Notes: generated from the letters alone by a model not told the origin. Positions 19,605 to 29,064 are shown, numbered from the stretch's first letter. The stretch is DNA of 64,000 nucleotides from an uncultured Verrucomicrobiae bacterium (GCA_963765205.1 CAVXVB010000009.1:1344001-1408000); one strand, 5' to 3'. Made by a program: numbers and translations.

Positions 19605-20903
19605 TTAGATTTTCGCCAGCCGCCGGACGGTGGCGGCGATGACGCGCCGGGCGTCGGCTTCGTCAATGACCACATCGAGGCCGGGTTGCGGCAGGATGAG
19701 GTGCTCGCCCGTCACCGGGATGCGCCCCAGCTCCGCCGTCACCAACCCGCCAAAAGTGGCGACTTCCGTGTTGGGGATGAGGACGCCGAGGGCCTGCTCG
19801 ACGTCGCGCAACGGGGCGAGGCCGGCCACGCGGAACCCGCGCCCTTCCGGGAGCGGCTTGATGAGTTTTTCCTCGGCGGTGTCGAACTCGTCTTGAATAT
19901 CGCCGACGACCTCCTCAATGAGGCGTTCGAGCGTGACGATGCCGGTGACGCCGCCGAATTCGTCCACCGCGAGGGCCATGTGCATTTTCTGGCGGAGGAG
20001 TTTTTCGAGTGCGATGGGCAGCGGCTCGGTCTGCGGCAGGCGGAGGATGTCGCGTCGCAGCGCGCGCAGGTCCACCGGGCCGGGGCTGAGACGGTAAAGG
20101 TCCTTGATGTGGATGAGGCCGAGGCAGCGGTCGAGGTCGCCGTCGCAGAGGGGAAAACGCGTGTGGCCGGAAATACGGGCGGCGACGAGGCTCGCCGTCA
20201 CGTCGCCGGCGAGGTTGAGGAAAACGATTTGGTGGCGGGGCACGAGCACGTCGGCGAGTTTGAAATCACGCGAGCGCAGCGTGTTGGCGAGGATGCCGCG
20301 CAAAAACGGCGGCAGCGCCTGGTCTTCCTCACCCATGGCACGCATCTGCACTTCGACATCGAGCAGGTTGAAGTCTTGGCGGATCTCGACGCCGAACCGG
20401 CGGAACAAGCTTAGCGAAAGCGAGCGCAAGGCGTGGCGCACCGGCTGGCTTAAAAAAGTGAACGCAAGGGCAAGACCCGCCGTGACCCGCAGCGTGGGAT
20501 AGGGCCGTGCCAACGCCACGCCGCGTGCGCAAAGGTCGCCAAAGAGATAGAGTGCGAACACGACGGCTAGAAAAATCGCCGCCGCGAGCCACCGTTCCGC
20601 GGCGTTGCCCGTCAGGCCGGGCCAGTGGCCGAAGGCGGCGTGGATGATGAGCGCGGCGGTGGCGCCCACGCCCGTCGCGCAAAACCGCAGCCCGAAACGG
20701 ATGCCGCGCGCGACCTGGTCGGCGTCGTCGAGCACGCGCGCCACGCGGCGGCGGCGGCGCGCGGCGGCCAGCGCGGGGGCGTCGGCCAGCGAATAGCGCA
20801 GCTTGACCAGGCTGAACTCGCACGCCACCAGCGCCCCATGCAGCGCGATAAGCGCAAGCATCAGCCCAAGGGCCAGCGCCAGATGAGTCCAGAGGGGGTT
20901 CAA
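19605..20903 (-). CDS. Hemolysin/CNNM (CorC/HlyC, CBS-domain) membrane protein
   Basis: VACEFSLVKLR, SGHTRFPL, LAVDEFGGVTGIVTLERLIEEVVGDIQDEFD, TFGGLVTAELGRIP. Confidence 0.9.
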   Translation of the reverse strand: MNPLWTHLALALGLMLALIALHGALVACEFSLVKLRYSLADAPALAAARRRRRVARVLDDADQVARGIRFGLRFCATGVGATAALIIHAAFGHWPGLTGNAAERWLAAAIFLAVVFALYLFGDLCARGVALARPYPTLRVTAGLALAFTFLSQPVRHALRSLSLSLFRRFGVEIRQDFNLLDVEVQMRAMGEEDQALPPFLRGILANTLRSRDFKLADVLVPRHQIVFLNLAGDVTASLVAARISGHTRFPLCDGDLDRCLGLIHIKDLYRLSPGPVDLRALRRDILRLPQTEPLPIALEKLLRQKMHMALAVDEFGGVTGIVTLERLIEEVVGDIQDEFDTAEEKLIKPLPEGRGFRVAGLAPLRDVEQALGVLIPNTEVATFGGLVTAELGRIPVTGEHLILPQPGLDVVIDEADARRVIAATVRRLAKI

Positions 20904-20909
20904 GGGAGA

Positions 20910-21155
20910 TTAAAGTTCAAGTTTTTGGATCAGCGCTTCGACTGTCAAACGATGATGTTCGGCAACCGGTTTGAGTACTCCCCGAAGAAGCGTGCCGGTC
21001 TTGAGTGGCCGGTGATTGGGCACGGTAACGTGATGGGTGCCGTTGACCAGAGTGGTCAACCGGATATGCGACCCGTCCTGCCGCACGCGTTCGTAGCCCA
21101 AGACGCGCAAGGCCCGGGCCAAGTCGGCACCGTTAACCTGACGCGGCGTTTTCAC
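20910..21155 (-). CDS. hicA: HicA-family toxin
   Basis: LGYERVRQDGSHIRL..HHVTVPNHRPLKTGTL. Confidence 0.85.
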   Translation of the reverse strand: MKTPRQVNGADLARALRVLGYERVRQDGSHIRLTTLVNGTHHVTVPNHRPLKTGTLLRGVLKPVAEHHRLTVEALIQKLEL

Positions 21156-21370
21156 ACCGCCAGCACCTCATCGCGCACAAAATGCAAACGGATGACACGG
21201 GGCATTTCTCCCACCACGCCGTCGCCAAAGTGGCATTGCACGGCGTCCCGCACCATGTCCCGCAACTCCTCAAGCGTTTCGCCTTGCGTGGCGATGGCGT
21301 GGCCCAGCGCGGTGGCCACGTAGCCGCCGTCCGTCTCGTCTTCGGTCACCTCGAAGATGATTTCACTCAT
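21152..21370 (-). CDS. Short HicB-like antitoxin
   Basis: EIIFEVTEDETDGGYVATA..IATQGETLEELRDMVRDAVQCHF; overlaps hicA by 4 nt. Confidence 0.75.
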   Translation of the reverse strand: MSEIIFEVTEDETDGGYVATALGHAIATQGETLEELRDMVRDAVQCHFGDGVVGEMPRVIRLHFVRDEVLAV

Positions 21371-21412
21371 AAGTTAAGGCTATGCTACCAGCGCGCGTTG
21401 GGCAAGCCAGTT

Positions 21413-21664
21413 CTACGCCTCGCTTTTGCGTTTAGACTCGGCATTGAAATTCCATTTGTCATGCGTCACAACTATTTGAGCAATTTGTTCTCCGGAAAAT
21501 GGAATGTCTGGTTGACCTCGTATTTCTGCAACCGTCCCCTGCACAACAGCAACTTGATCAAATCTCCTGCCATCATTCAAAACGATGCTTACAACATGGT
21601 AACCCATCCCGGTTTCAGGCTGAGATACCAAATAGGACACCCACTTTGCGGATAGTTTTATCAT
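21413..21664 (-). CDS. Hypothetical protein (PETGMGY motif), lower GC
   Basis: 83-aa ORF translationally coupled to the hisC stop (ATGA overlap). Confidence 0.6.
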   Translation of the reverse strand: MIKLSAKWVSYLVSQPETGMGYHVVSIVLNDGRRFDQVAVVQGTVAEIRGQPDIPFSGEQIAQIVVTHDKWNFNAESKRKSEA

Positions 21665-22758
21665 TTCAAGATTTGCGCCAGCGCCTTAAGAAACCGCGCG
21701 TTCTGTTCCTCGGTGCCAATGGTGACACGCAGGTGCGCGGGCAGGTCATAGGGCGCGAGGGGGCGCACGATGACGCCGCGCGCTTGCAGCGCGAGAAAAA
21801 CAGCGCGCGCCTGTGCGAAGCGGAACATGATGAAGTTCGCCACGCTGGGGACGTGTTCGAGGCCAAGTCTATCCAGCCCGGCGGCGACTTGCTTCAGCCC
21901 GGCGGCGTTGATGGCGCGCGTGCGGTCGAGGTGCTCGCGGTCATCGAGCGCGGCCACCGCTGCGGCTTGCGCGATGGCGTTGACGTTGAAGGGCTGGCGC
22001 GCGCGGTGGAGCAGGTCAATCAGCGGTTTCGGCCCGTAGCCGTAGCCAATGCGCAGGCCGGCGAGGCCGTAGATTTTGGAAAAGGTGCGGCAGCACAGGA
22101 TGTTGCGCCCGGCGGCGATGAGCGGGCGCAGGTCGGGCGCGGCGGCGGGTTCGAGGAATTCCACGTAGGCTTCGTCCACGCAGAGGATGACGTGCGGGGG
22201 CAAATCGCGCGCGAAGGCCTCGACCTCGGCGGCGGTGTTGGCCGTGCCGGTGGGATTGTTCGGCGTGGGCAGGTAAACGATTTTGGTCCGCGCGGTGATG
22301 GCGTCGCGCATTTTTTGCAAATCGTGCGTGTAGCCGGGCATCTCGACCTCGACCGGCGTGCCGCCATTGAAGAGGGTGACGTATTTGAACACGATGAAGG
22401 CATGCCGGCCCATGACCACCTCGTCGCTGGGCGAGATGAAGGCTTCGGCGAGCAGTTGCATCTCCTCGTTCGAGCCGTTGCCGGGAAAAATCTGGGCGGG
22501 GTCAAGTTGCAGCCGGGCGGCGATTTTCTCGCGCAAGGCCGTGGCGGCGCCGTCGGGATAGAGGTGGGCGTCGTCGAGAGCGCGGCGCGCGGCGGCCAGC
22601 GCCAGCGGCGACGGCCCGAGCGGGTTTTCGTTCGAGGCGAGCTTGATGACCGAGTCCGGGTCGAGGCCGTGCTCCCGCGCGACATCGGCGATGGGCCGGC
22701 CCGGTTCGTAAACGGGCTGGGTGAGCAAACCGGGCTTGGCAAGTTGGTCGGGAGACAT
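21661..22758 (-). CDS. hisC: Histidinol-phosphate aminotransferase
   Basis: YEPGRP, IKLASNENPLGPSP, GNGSNE, PNNPTG, VDEAYVEF, RTFSKIYGLAGLRIGY. Confidence 0.95.
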   Translation of the reverse strand: MSPDQLAKPGLLTQPVYEPGRPIADVAREHGLDPDSVIKLASNENPLGPSPLALAAARRALDDAHLYPDGAATALREKIAARLQLDPAQIFPGNGSNEEMQLLAEAFISPSDEVVMGRHAFIVFKYVTLFNGGTPVEVEMPGYTHDLQKMRDAITARTKIVYLPTPNNPTGTANTAAEVEAFARDLPPHVILCVDEAYVEFLEPAAAPDLRPLIAAGRNILCCRTFSKIYGLAGLRIGYGYGPKPLIDLLHRARQPFNVNAIAQAAAVAALDDREHLDRTRAINAAGLKQVAAGLDRLGLEHVPSVANFIMFRFAQARAVFLALQARGVIVRPLAPYDLPAHLRVTIGTEEQNARFLKALAQILK

Positions 22759-22778
22759 GGGGAAAGGTAGAGCATAGA

Positions 22779-22920
22779 GGGAAAACGGAAAATGGAAAAT
22801 GGAAAAAACGCTATTTGCATCGTTGGCCAGTGGTCGGTTTTTTCCGTTTTTCCATCTTCCATTTTCCTGCATCCATTCTTATCTTCATTTTCCATCTTCC
22901 ATTTTCCTTTTTCCATTCCT
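22779..22920. repeat. AAATGGA/TTCCATT heptamer arrays in inverted arrangement between divergent genes
   Basis: GGAAAACGGAAAATGGAAAATGGAAAAAA followed by two TTTTCCATCTTCCATTTTCC arrays. Confidence 0.9.
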
Positions 22921-22928
22921 CCTCAACC

Positions 22929-23924
22929 ATGAAGGTTTTACTCACCGGTGCAACCGGTTTGCTCGGCCATGCGACGCTGCTGGCCACGCTGGCGCGCGGG
23001 CATGAGGTGCTCGCGCTCGGGCATGAGCGCCTGCCGGAGCTGCCCGTCGCCGCCGCGGCCCAGAAACACGTCTTCGCCCGGCAGTGCGACTTGACCGACG
23101 ATACCGCGCTGGACCGGCTGATGTTCGACTATTACCCGGACGCCATTATCAACTGCGCGGCACTGTCGAGCCAAGGCGCGGTCGAGGCCAACCCCGCCCT
23201 GGCGGAAAAGCTCAACGTCGCCCTGCCCCGCCGGCTGGCGCAAATCGCGCATCATTTGTGCGCGCGGCTGCTGCACGTCTCGACGGATTTTGTTTTCGAC
23301 GGCAGCAGCGGCCCCTACCGCTCGACGGACATGCCGCATCCGCGCACCCTCTACGGCCAGCTCAAGTTGCAGGCGGAACATGAAGTGCTGCTTTATGGCG
23401 GGGACTTCGTCGTCGTGCTGCGCATCACGGTCGTCAACGGCAACAGCCCGGCCGGCAACCGCGGCGTGCACGAAAAACTTTTCCACACCTGGGCGGCGGG
23501 GAAGGCGGCGACGGCATTCACCGACGAAATGCGCCAGCCGGTTTCGGCGGTCAACGTCGGCGATGTTTTGACAGAACTGATTGAGCGCCCGAACTTGCAC
23601 GGCCTCTTTCATTGGGCCGGGCCGGACACACTGTCGCGCTTCGACATGGCGCGCGCGATTCTGGCGCATTTCGGCCTGCCGGAAAATCTCGTCACCCCCG
23701 CACGCGCGGCGGACCAGCCCGACACCGACACGCGCCCGCGCCGCCTCGAACTGATTCTCCCGCCGCTGCTTGGCAAATTAAAGGCCACGCCCACGCCCTT
23801 TGCACAGCAGTTGGAGGAACTGGAAGTGCCGGCGGCGTGCCGTGAATGGTATTTGCGCACGCGCCCGCCCTCGAATAATGGCCAGGGCGCGCCGCGGCGA
23901 TTAGTGCAAGGAATAGATTTTTAA
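22929..23924 (+). CDS. RmlD-like extended SDR oxidoreductase
   Basis: VLLTGATGLLG, IINCAA, HVSTDFVFDG, YGQLKLQAE. Confidence 0.85.
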   Translation: MKVLLTGATGLLGHATLLATLARGHEVLALGHERLPELPVAAAAQKHVFARQCDLTDDTALDRLMFDYYPDAIINCAALSSQGAVEANPALAEKLNVALPRRLAQIAHHLCARLLHVSTDFVFDGSSGPYRSTDMPHPRTLYGQLKLQAEHEVLLYGGDFVVVLRITVVNGNSPAGNRGVHEKLFHTWAAGKAATAFTDEMRQPVSAVNVGDVLTELIERPNLHGLFHWAGPDTLSRFDMARAILAHFGLPENLVTPARAADQPDTDTRPRRLELILPPLLGKLKATPTPFAQQLEELEVPAACREWYLRTRPPSNNGQGAPRRLVQGIDF

Positions 23925-23930
23925 TCCAAA

Positions 23931-24016
23931 TTAACCACGGAGAACACGGAGAGGATTTTTTCCATCTTCCATTTTCCATAAACTTCTCTGTGTTCCCCGT
24001 GTCCTCCGTGGTTAAA
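23931..24016. repeat. CACGGAGAA-type 9-mer hairpin enclosing a TTCCATT heptamer array
   Basis: TTAACCACGGAGAACACGGAGAG - TTTTTCCATCTTCCATTTTCCAT - CTCTGTGTTCCCCGTGTCCTCCGTGGTTAA. Confidence 0.85.
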
Positions 24017-24025
24017 TCTCTTTTG

Positions 24026-24754
24026 ATGCTGCCACCGAAAATCGGCTCGGCGGCGGAGAATATGGCCGCCGATTGGCTGCTGTTGGAAATGTTTCCCCGG
24101 CCCGAGGCTGCGCGGATGCGTTTTTATGGCTGGGCACGGCCATCGTTCACGTTTGGTTATGGGCAAAAGTGGGCGGCGGTGCGCGCGGCGTGTCCGCCCG
24201 GGATGGATTTAATCCGCCGGCCCACCGGCGGCGGGTTGGTGGATCATCGCGCGGACTGGACGTATGCGCTGGTGCTGCCGCCGGCCCATCCGCTCGCCCA
24301 AGTGCGGGCGTGCGACAGTTACCGGGCGGTGCATGAGGCGCTAGAGGAGGCGTTGAGGGAGAGCGGAGTTGGTTGCCAGTTGCAGGGCGCGAATGCCAAG
24401 TTGCAGGTTGCAGGTTGCAGGTTGCAAGTTGCAAGCCAACGAATTAACGGAAGTTTAGCCGTTTGTTTTGAGCGGGCGGAGACGTTTGATGTCGTGCGTT
24501 CGGATGATGGCCGCAAAATCGCCGGCGCGGCACAGAAACGCACACGGCGCGGGCTGCTTTTTCAGGGTTCGGTAAATCGCGATGCCGCCGGTGAGTTGAG
24601 GGATTGGGTCAAGCTCGCAGATATTTTTGCAAAGCGTCTTGGAGTCAGATTGGGCGCCACGCCGCAAAAATATGATGCCGAGCCCTGGCCGGCGGCGCTG
24701 CTGGCGGAAACCACCGCACGGTTCGCGGCAAAGGAATGGAATCAGAAAAGATAA
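24026..24754 (+). CDS. Lipoate-protein ligase A / octanoyltransferase family protein
   Basis: ENMAADWLLL, RFYGW..TFGYGQ, RRPTGGGLVDH..WTY, GRKIAGAAQKR, LLFQGS. Confidence 0.85.
   Translation: MLPPKIGSAAENMAADWLLLEMFPRPEAARMRFYGWARPSFTFGYGQKWAAVRAACPPGMDLIRRPTGGGLVDHRADWTYALVLPPAHPLAQVRACDSYRAVHEALEEALRESGVGCQLQGANAKLQVAGCRLQVASQRINGSLAVCFERAETFDVVRSDDGRKIAGAAQKRTRRGLLFQGSVNRDAAGELRDWVKLADIFAKRLGVRLGATPQKYDAEPWPAALLAETTARFAAKEWNQKR
24398..24435. repeat. ARGTTGC heptamer tandem array inside a CDS
   Basis: AAGTTGC AGGTTGC AGGTTGC AGGTTGC AAGTTGC AAG, encoding KLQVAGCRLQVAS. Confidence 0.85.
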
Positions 24755-24759
24755 ACATC

Positions 24760-25200
24760 TCACGCGTTCGCCGCGAGGATGCCCCCAACCGTGATGAGCG
24801 CCGCCGCCGCCAGCAGCTTGCCGGGCTGCACGTCCTTCCACTCCGAGAGCACGAGCAGGCCGATGACCACCGTCACGAGCGTGTTCATGTTGTAGATCGA
24901 GACGATTTGCCCGATTTGGCCATTGTAGCGTTTGAGCGCGATGGCGACGCACGCCATCGAAATGGACCACAGGATGCCGAACAGCGCGATATAAGTCGCC
25001 GCGCGCGCCGTGACGGCAAAGTCGCGGTCCCACAGCGCAAACAACGCGCCCATAATGAAAATCGAAAGGCCGATCCCCATGAGGTAAGGCCCGAGGCCGG
25101 TGCCCGTGCGGTTAATCACCTTTTGGAACACCGCGACGATGCCAAAGAGCACCGCCGGGATGAACCCGCCGATCAGAAGGGAAAGTTGTTTGTCAGTCAT
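24760..25200 (-). CDS. Small DMT/EamA-like membrane protein
   Basis: Five hydrophobic helices; YNMNTLVTVVIGLLVLSE signature. Confidence 0.7.
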   Translation of the reverse strand: MTDKQLSLLIGGFIPAVLFGIVAVFQKVINRTGTGLGPYLMGIGLSIFIMGALFALWDRDFAVTARAATYIALFGILWSISMACVAIALKRYNGQIGQIVSIYNMNTLVTVVIGLLVLSEWKDVQPGKLLAAAALITVGGILAANA

Positions 25201-25246
25201 GGGGGAAGGCGATAGCACGGCAGCGGACATGAGCCAATCTTGAAAA

Positions 25247-25390
25247 AGACAGAGTGGCAAAGGGACAGAGGGACAGAGGCACAAAGGCCGGGAAATAGAA
25301 ACCCCCATTCGAATTCACCGAAGGTCTTGACTACTCAGTGCCATAGTGCCTTAGCGCCTCTGTCCCTCTGTCCCTCTGTCCCTTTGTCCT
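25247..25390. repeat. GGGACAGA/TCTGTCCC octamer hairpin between divergent genes
   Basis: AGGGACAGAGGGACAGAGGCACAAAGG ... CCTTAGCGCCTCTGTCCCTCTGTCCCTCTGTCCCTTTGTCC, loop about 60 nt. Confidence 0.88.
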
Positions 25391-25457
25391 ACCCCCTTCT
25401 TCCTATTGACTGCCGCGTAAATATTTGTCACCAACAAGCCGCCCCCGCGCACCTGGC

Positions 25458-26927
25458 ATGAACCTTCTCCGCCGCAAAAGCGTCGCCGACCTCCAAGCGG
25501 AGGCCACCACGGACAATAGTCTGAAACGCGTGCTGGGGCCATTGCATCTGGTCATGCTGGGGGTGGGCTGCACGATTGGCACCGGGATTTTTGTGCTGAC
25601 CGGCACGGTGGCGGCGCGCAATGCCGGGCCAGGGGTGATTTTGTCATTCGTGCTTGCTGGCTTTGCCTCGATCTTCGCGGCGTTTTGTTACAGCGAATTT
25701 GCGTCGCTGGTGCCGATGTCCGGCAGCGCCTACACTTATAGTTATGCGACGCTCGGGGAGATTTTCGCCTGGATCATCGGCTGGGATTTGATTCTCGAAT
25801 ACGCCGTGGGCGGCATCACGGTCGCCATCGGGTGGTCGGGATACGTGACTTCGCTGCTGCACGATTTCGGCGTGGATATTCCGCCGCGCTTGACGGCCGC
25901 CTATGGCTCCATCGTCACGCTGGCGGACGGCACAAAAGTTCCGGCGCTTTTCAATTTGCCCGCGGTGTTGATCGTGGCAGCGGTGTCCATTTTGCTCGTC
26001 CTCGGCATCAAAGAGTCGGCGTGGTATAACAACCTGATCGTCTTCGTCAAACTGGCCGTCATCCTGGCATTTTTGGCGCTGGCGGCGCACGCCATCAATC
26101 CCGCCAATTGGCATCCCTTCATTCCCGCCAACACCGGCACCTTCGGGCATTTCGGCTGGAGCGGCATCATGATGGGTTCGGGGACGGTGTTCTTCGCCTA
26201 CATCGGGTTCGACGCGGTGAGCACCGCCGCGCAGGAAACCCGCAATCCCCAGCGCGATATGCCCTTGGGAATCATCGGCTCGCTCATCATTTGCACGATA
26301 TTGTATATTGCGGTGGCGGCGGTCGCCACGGGCGTAGTGCCCTATGCGCAACTCGACACGCCCGCGCCGATTGCACTTGCGGCCGACCAGGCGGTGGGCG
26401 GCTGGATGTCCGTGCTGATTAAAATCGGAGCCGTGGCGGGGCTATCCTCCGTGATCATGGTGCTGATGCTGGGGCAGACCCGCATTTTTTGGGTCATGTC
26501 GCGCGACGGGTTGCTGCCCAAATTCGTGGGCGAAGTTCATCCCCGGTTCCAGACGCCGTGGATTACCACCATTATCACCGGCGTGGTCGTGGCGTTGTTT
26601 TCGGCGCTATTTACGGTGCGGGAGGCCGGCAACCTTTGCTCGATTGGCACGCTGCTGGCCTTTGTCATCGTTTGCCTTTCGGTGCTCGTGCTGCGGGTGC
26701 GCGAGCCGCATCATTACCGGGCCTTTCGCACCCCGGCGATCTGGTTCGTGGCTCCCACCGGCGCTTTGGCGGCATTGGCCTTAATGATTCCGCTGCCCAA
26801 CGCCGCCTGGCTGCGCCTGATTGTCTGGTTCGTCCTCGGCATGGTGCTTTATTTTGTCTATGGGATAAAGAACAGCCGATTGAACAAAAACTCCGGCGTT
26901 GCACCGCCACTTCCCCATGGGCCTTGA
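25458..26927 (+). CDS. APC-family amino acid permease
   Basis: LGVGCTIGTGIFVLTG, GSAYTYSY, FFAYIGFDAVSTAAQE, GQTRIFWVMSRDGLLP. Confidence 0.93.
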   Translation: MNLLRRKSVADLQAEATTDNSLKRVLGPLHLVMLGVGCTIGTGIFVLTGTVAARNAGPGVILSFVLAGFASIFAAFCYSEFASLVPMSGSAYTYSYATLGEIFAWIIGWDLILEYAVGGITVAIGWSGYVTSLLHDFGVDIPPRLTAAYGSIVTLADGTKVPALFNLPAVLIVAAVSILLVLGIKESAWYNNLIVFVKLAVILAFLALAAHAINPANWHPFIPANTGTFGHFGWSGIMMGSGTVFFAYIGFDAVSTAAQETRNPQRDMPLGIIGSLIICTILYIAVAAVATGVVPYAQLDTPAPIALAADQAVGGWMSVLIKIGAVAGLSSVIMVLMLGQTRIFWVMSRDGLLPKFVGEVHPRFQTPWITTIITGVVVALFSALFTVREAGNLCSIGTLLAFVIVCLSVLVLRVREPHHYRAFRTPAIWFVAPTGALAALALMIPLPNAAWLRLIVWFVLGMVLYFVYGIKNSRLNKNSGVAPPLPHGP

Positions 26928-27408
26928 ATATCTGCACGCCTATTGGCGCCTGCCCTACGTCGAGGCCCCGAAACCCGAGGCTGGCGGCGAGAACCCGTTT
27001 GTAGATTTGCCCAGGCTCGGCGACGACCGCAAGGCCCTCATCCTCTGGCGCGGCCCACTCACCTACCTGGTGATGAACCGTTTTCCCTACAACGTCGGCC
27101 ACCTGCTCGCCATTCCCTTCCGCGAGGCGCCAACGTTAGCCAAGCTGACCCCCGCCGAGCGCGCCGACTTGATGGAGGCCATTGTCAAAGCCCAGGACAT
27201 CCTCACCAAGGCTTTGCGGCCCGACGGCTTTAACATCGGCTTCAATTTCGGGCGCGTGGCCGGCGCGGGCATCCCGCGGCATTTGCATGCGCACATCGTT
27301 CCGCGCTGGAGCGGTGACGTGAATTTCATGCCCGTCGTGGCCGACACCAAAGTCCTCCCCGTGGCCCTCGACACGCTTTGGGAGCGATTGAAGGCATTTG
27401 CCAACTAA
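26917..27408 (+). CDS. HIT-family hydrolase (Ap4A phosphorylase/FHIT-like)
   Basis: NRFPYNVGHLL, GFNIGFNFGRVAGAGIPRHLHAHIVPRWSGD. Confidence 0.92.
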   Translation: MGLEYLHAYWRLPYVEAPKPEAGGENPFVDLPRLGDDRKALILWRGPLTYLVMNRFPYNVGHLLAIPFREAPTLAKLTPAERADLMEAIVKAQDILTKALRPDGFNIGFNFGRVAGAGIPRHLHAHIVPRWSGDVNFMPVVADTKVLPVALDTLWERLKAFAN

Positions 27409-27412
27409 GGAT

Positions 27413-27437
27413 GGGCCGTCGCCAGCGATGCCCCTAC
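27413..27437 (-). repeat. Solo GTAG-type REP
   Basis: Minus strand reads GTAGGGGCATCGCTGGCGACGGCCC: GTAG followed by a GC-rich imperfect palindrome. Confidence 0.55.
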
Positions 27438-27450
27438 ATTAGCAATCCAT

Positions 27451-27485
27451 TTCATAATTCATAAATCATCATTCATAATTCCTTC
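27451..27485. repeat. TTCATAA heptamer array abutting the phoH start
   Basis: TTCATAATTCATAAATCATCATTCATAATTCCTTC then ATG. Confidence 0.75.
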
Positions 27486-28454
27486 ATGGAGCCCCGCGTC
27501 ATCAAATTTCCCAGCCCCCGGCAACTCAGCCAGCTTTATTGCGGCAAGGAGGCCAACCTCGCGAAGGTCGAGGAGGCCTTCGAGGTGAAGATCGTCACGC
27601 GCGAGGACTGGCTGCAAGTCGAGGGCGCGGTCGCGGACCAGGACCGCGTCGCCCAATTGTTTGAGTTTTTGAATGCCGCGCGCGGGCAGGGCATGAATGT
27701 CTCCCAGGTGGATTTTGACAACATGCTCGCCACGGTGAAACGCGGCGAGGTAGCGCAGTTGCGCGAGTTGTTTGAAAACCCGCTCGTGCTGCGCTTCAAG
27801 CGCACGACGATCGTCCCAAAGACGCTCAACCAGAAGCGCTACCTGCAATTCATCCACAAGGCGGAAGTGGTGTTCGGCATCGGCCCGGCGGGCACCGGCA
27901 AGACCTATCTCGCCGTCGCGTCCGCGCTCGAGGCGCTGGTCAACAACCAGGTCGAGAAAATAATCCTCACGCGCCCGGCCGTCGAAGCTGGCGAGGCGCT
28001 GGGCTTTTTGCCCGGCGATCTGAACGAGAAAATCCTGCCCTACCTGCGCCCCCTGCACGACGCGATGTATGAAATGCTCGGCAAGGACGAAAGCGACCGG
28101 CTCATCGAAAAAGGCATCATCGAAATCGCCCCGCTCGCCTACATGCGCGGGCGCACGCTGGCCAACGCCTACATCCTGCTCGACGAGGCGCAAAACACCA
28201 CCCCCGAACAGATGATCATGTTTTTGACGCGTCTGGGCGACCGCTCGCGCATGCTCATCACCGGTGACATCACGCAGGTGGACCTGCCGCGCTCGAAAGT
28301 CTCCGGCCTCAAGCAGGCCATCCAGGTGCTCCAAGGCGTCGAAGGCATCAAGCTGTTTTATTTTGACGTGGTGGACGTGGTGCGCCACCCCCTCGTCAGC
28401 GCCATCATCAAGGCCTACGAGACCTTCCATGCCGATTCATCGAGGGGGGATTAG
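27486..28454 (+). CDS. phoH: PhoH-family ATPase
   Basis: GPAGTGKTYLAV, LTRPAVEAGEALGFLPGDL, APLAYMRGRTL, LDEAQN, VVRHPLV. Confidence 0.95.
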   Translation: MEPRVIKFPSPRQLSQLYCGKEANLAKVEEAFEVKIVTREDWLQVEGAVADQDRVAQLFEFLNAARGQGMNVSQVDFDNMLATVKRGEVAQLRELFENPLVLRFKRTTIVPKTLNQKRYLQFIHKAEVVFGIGPAGTGKTYLAVASALEALVNNQVEKIILTRPAVEAGEALGFLPGDLNEKILPYLRPLHDAMYEMLGKDESDRLIEKGIIEIAPLAYMRGRTLANAYILLDEAQNTTPEQMIMFLTRLGDRSRMLITGDITQVDLPRSKVSGLKQAIQVLQGVEGIKLFYFDVVDVVRHPLVSAIIKAYETFHADSSRGD

Positions 28455-28682
28455 GGGTGATTATTTTTGAGTGTGCTGATCAATTCCCCTTTTGGCTCCA
28501 AAAATTCGAAGCGCCATCCCATAGATGCTTTCCTTAACTTTTGGCTAACATCATTGGTGGCAAGTCTTTTTGTGTGTAAGCCTAAAATTAGATAGTCAAA
28601 CGATCTGCTCATGTTTCGTGCCCTCCGTAGCTTAAACTTTTGAAATTGCCTTGTGGCTGATTTTCCGGTTAAAAACAGCCCC

Positions 28683-28964
28683 ATGAAAATCATTTCCGCA
28701 AGTCCGACGACGGGCTACCGGGTGCGACTGGCGTTTGACGACGGCGTGGACGGCGAAGTTGACCTGTCTGATTATGCGGGGGTCGGGGTGTTTCAGGCCT
28801 GGCGCAAACCGGGCATTTTCAAAAAACTTGCCGTGGCCAAGACCGGCGCGCTGGCCTGGCCCGGCGACCTTGGCCTGTGCGCCGACGCGCTCTATCTGCG
28901 TTTGACTGGAAAACGGCCCGAGGAGCTTGTCCCCGCGTTGCGCCGCGCTCCCATCCATGCCTGA
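28683..28964 (+). CDS. DUF2442-family protein (putative antitoxin)
   Basis: YRVRLAFDDGVDGEVDLS..GVF..F..GALAWPGDLGLCADALY. Confidence 0.8.
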   Translation: MKIISASPTTGYRVRLAFDDGVDGEVDLSDYAGVGVFQAWRKPGIFKKLAVAKTGALAWPGDLGLCADALYLRLTGKRPEELVPALRRAPIHA

Positions 28965-29031
28965 AATCTGCCGCATCGGCCGCCCTGCCCCGTCGGCTCC
29001 GACACAAAGATGTTGCCAAAAATTGTTTTGA
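28957..29031 (+). pseudogene. Stub of a DUF4160-family gene
   Basis: MPEICR start overlapping the DUF2442 stop resembles the MPEISRF start of DUF4160 proteins; similarity is lost after about 6 codons. Confidence 0.45.
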
Positions 29032-29064
29032 CGAACCGGGGGCAATTGTCGAACTGACTTAATA

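Noticed and set aside
28451..28612. AT-rich 53-codon minus-strand ORF after phoH
   Set aside because: No recognisable motif; it may be a fragment of foreign DNA but cannot be supported as a gene.
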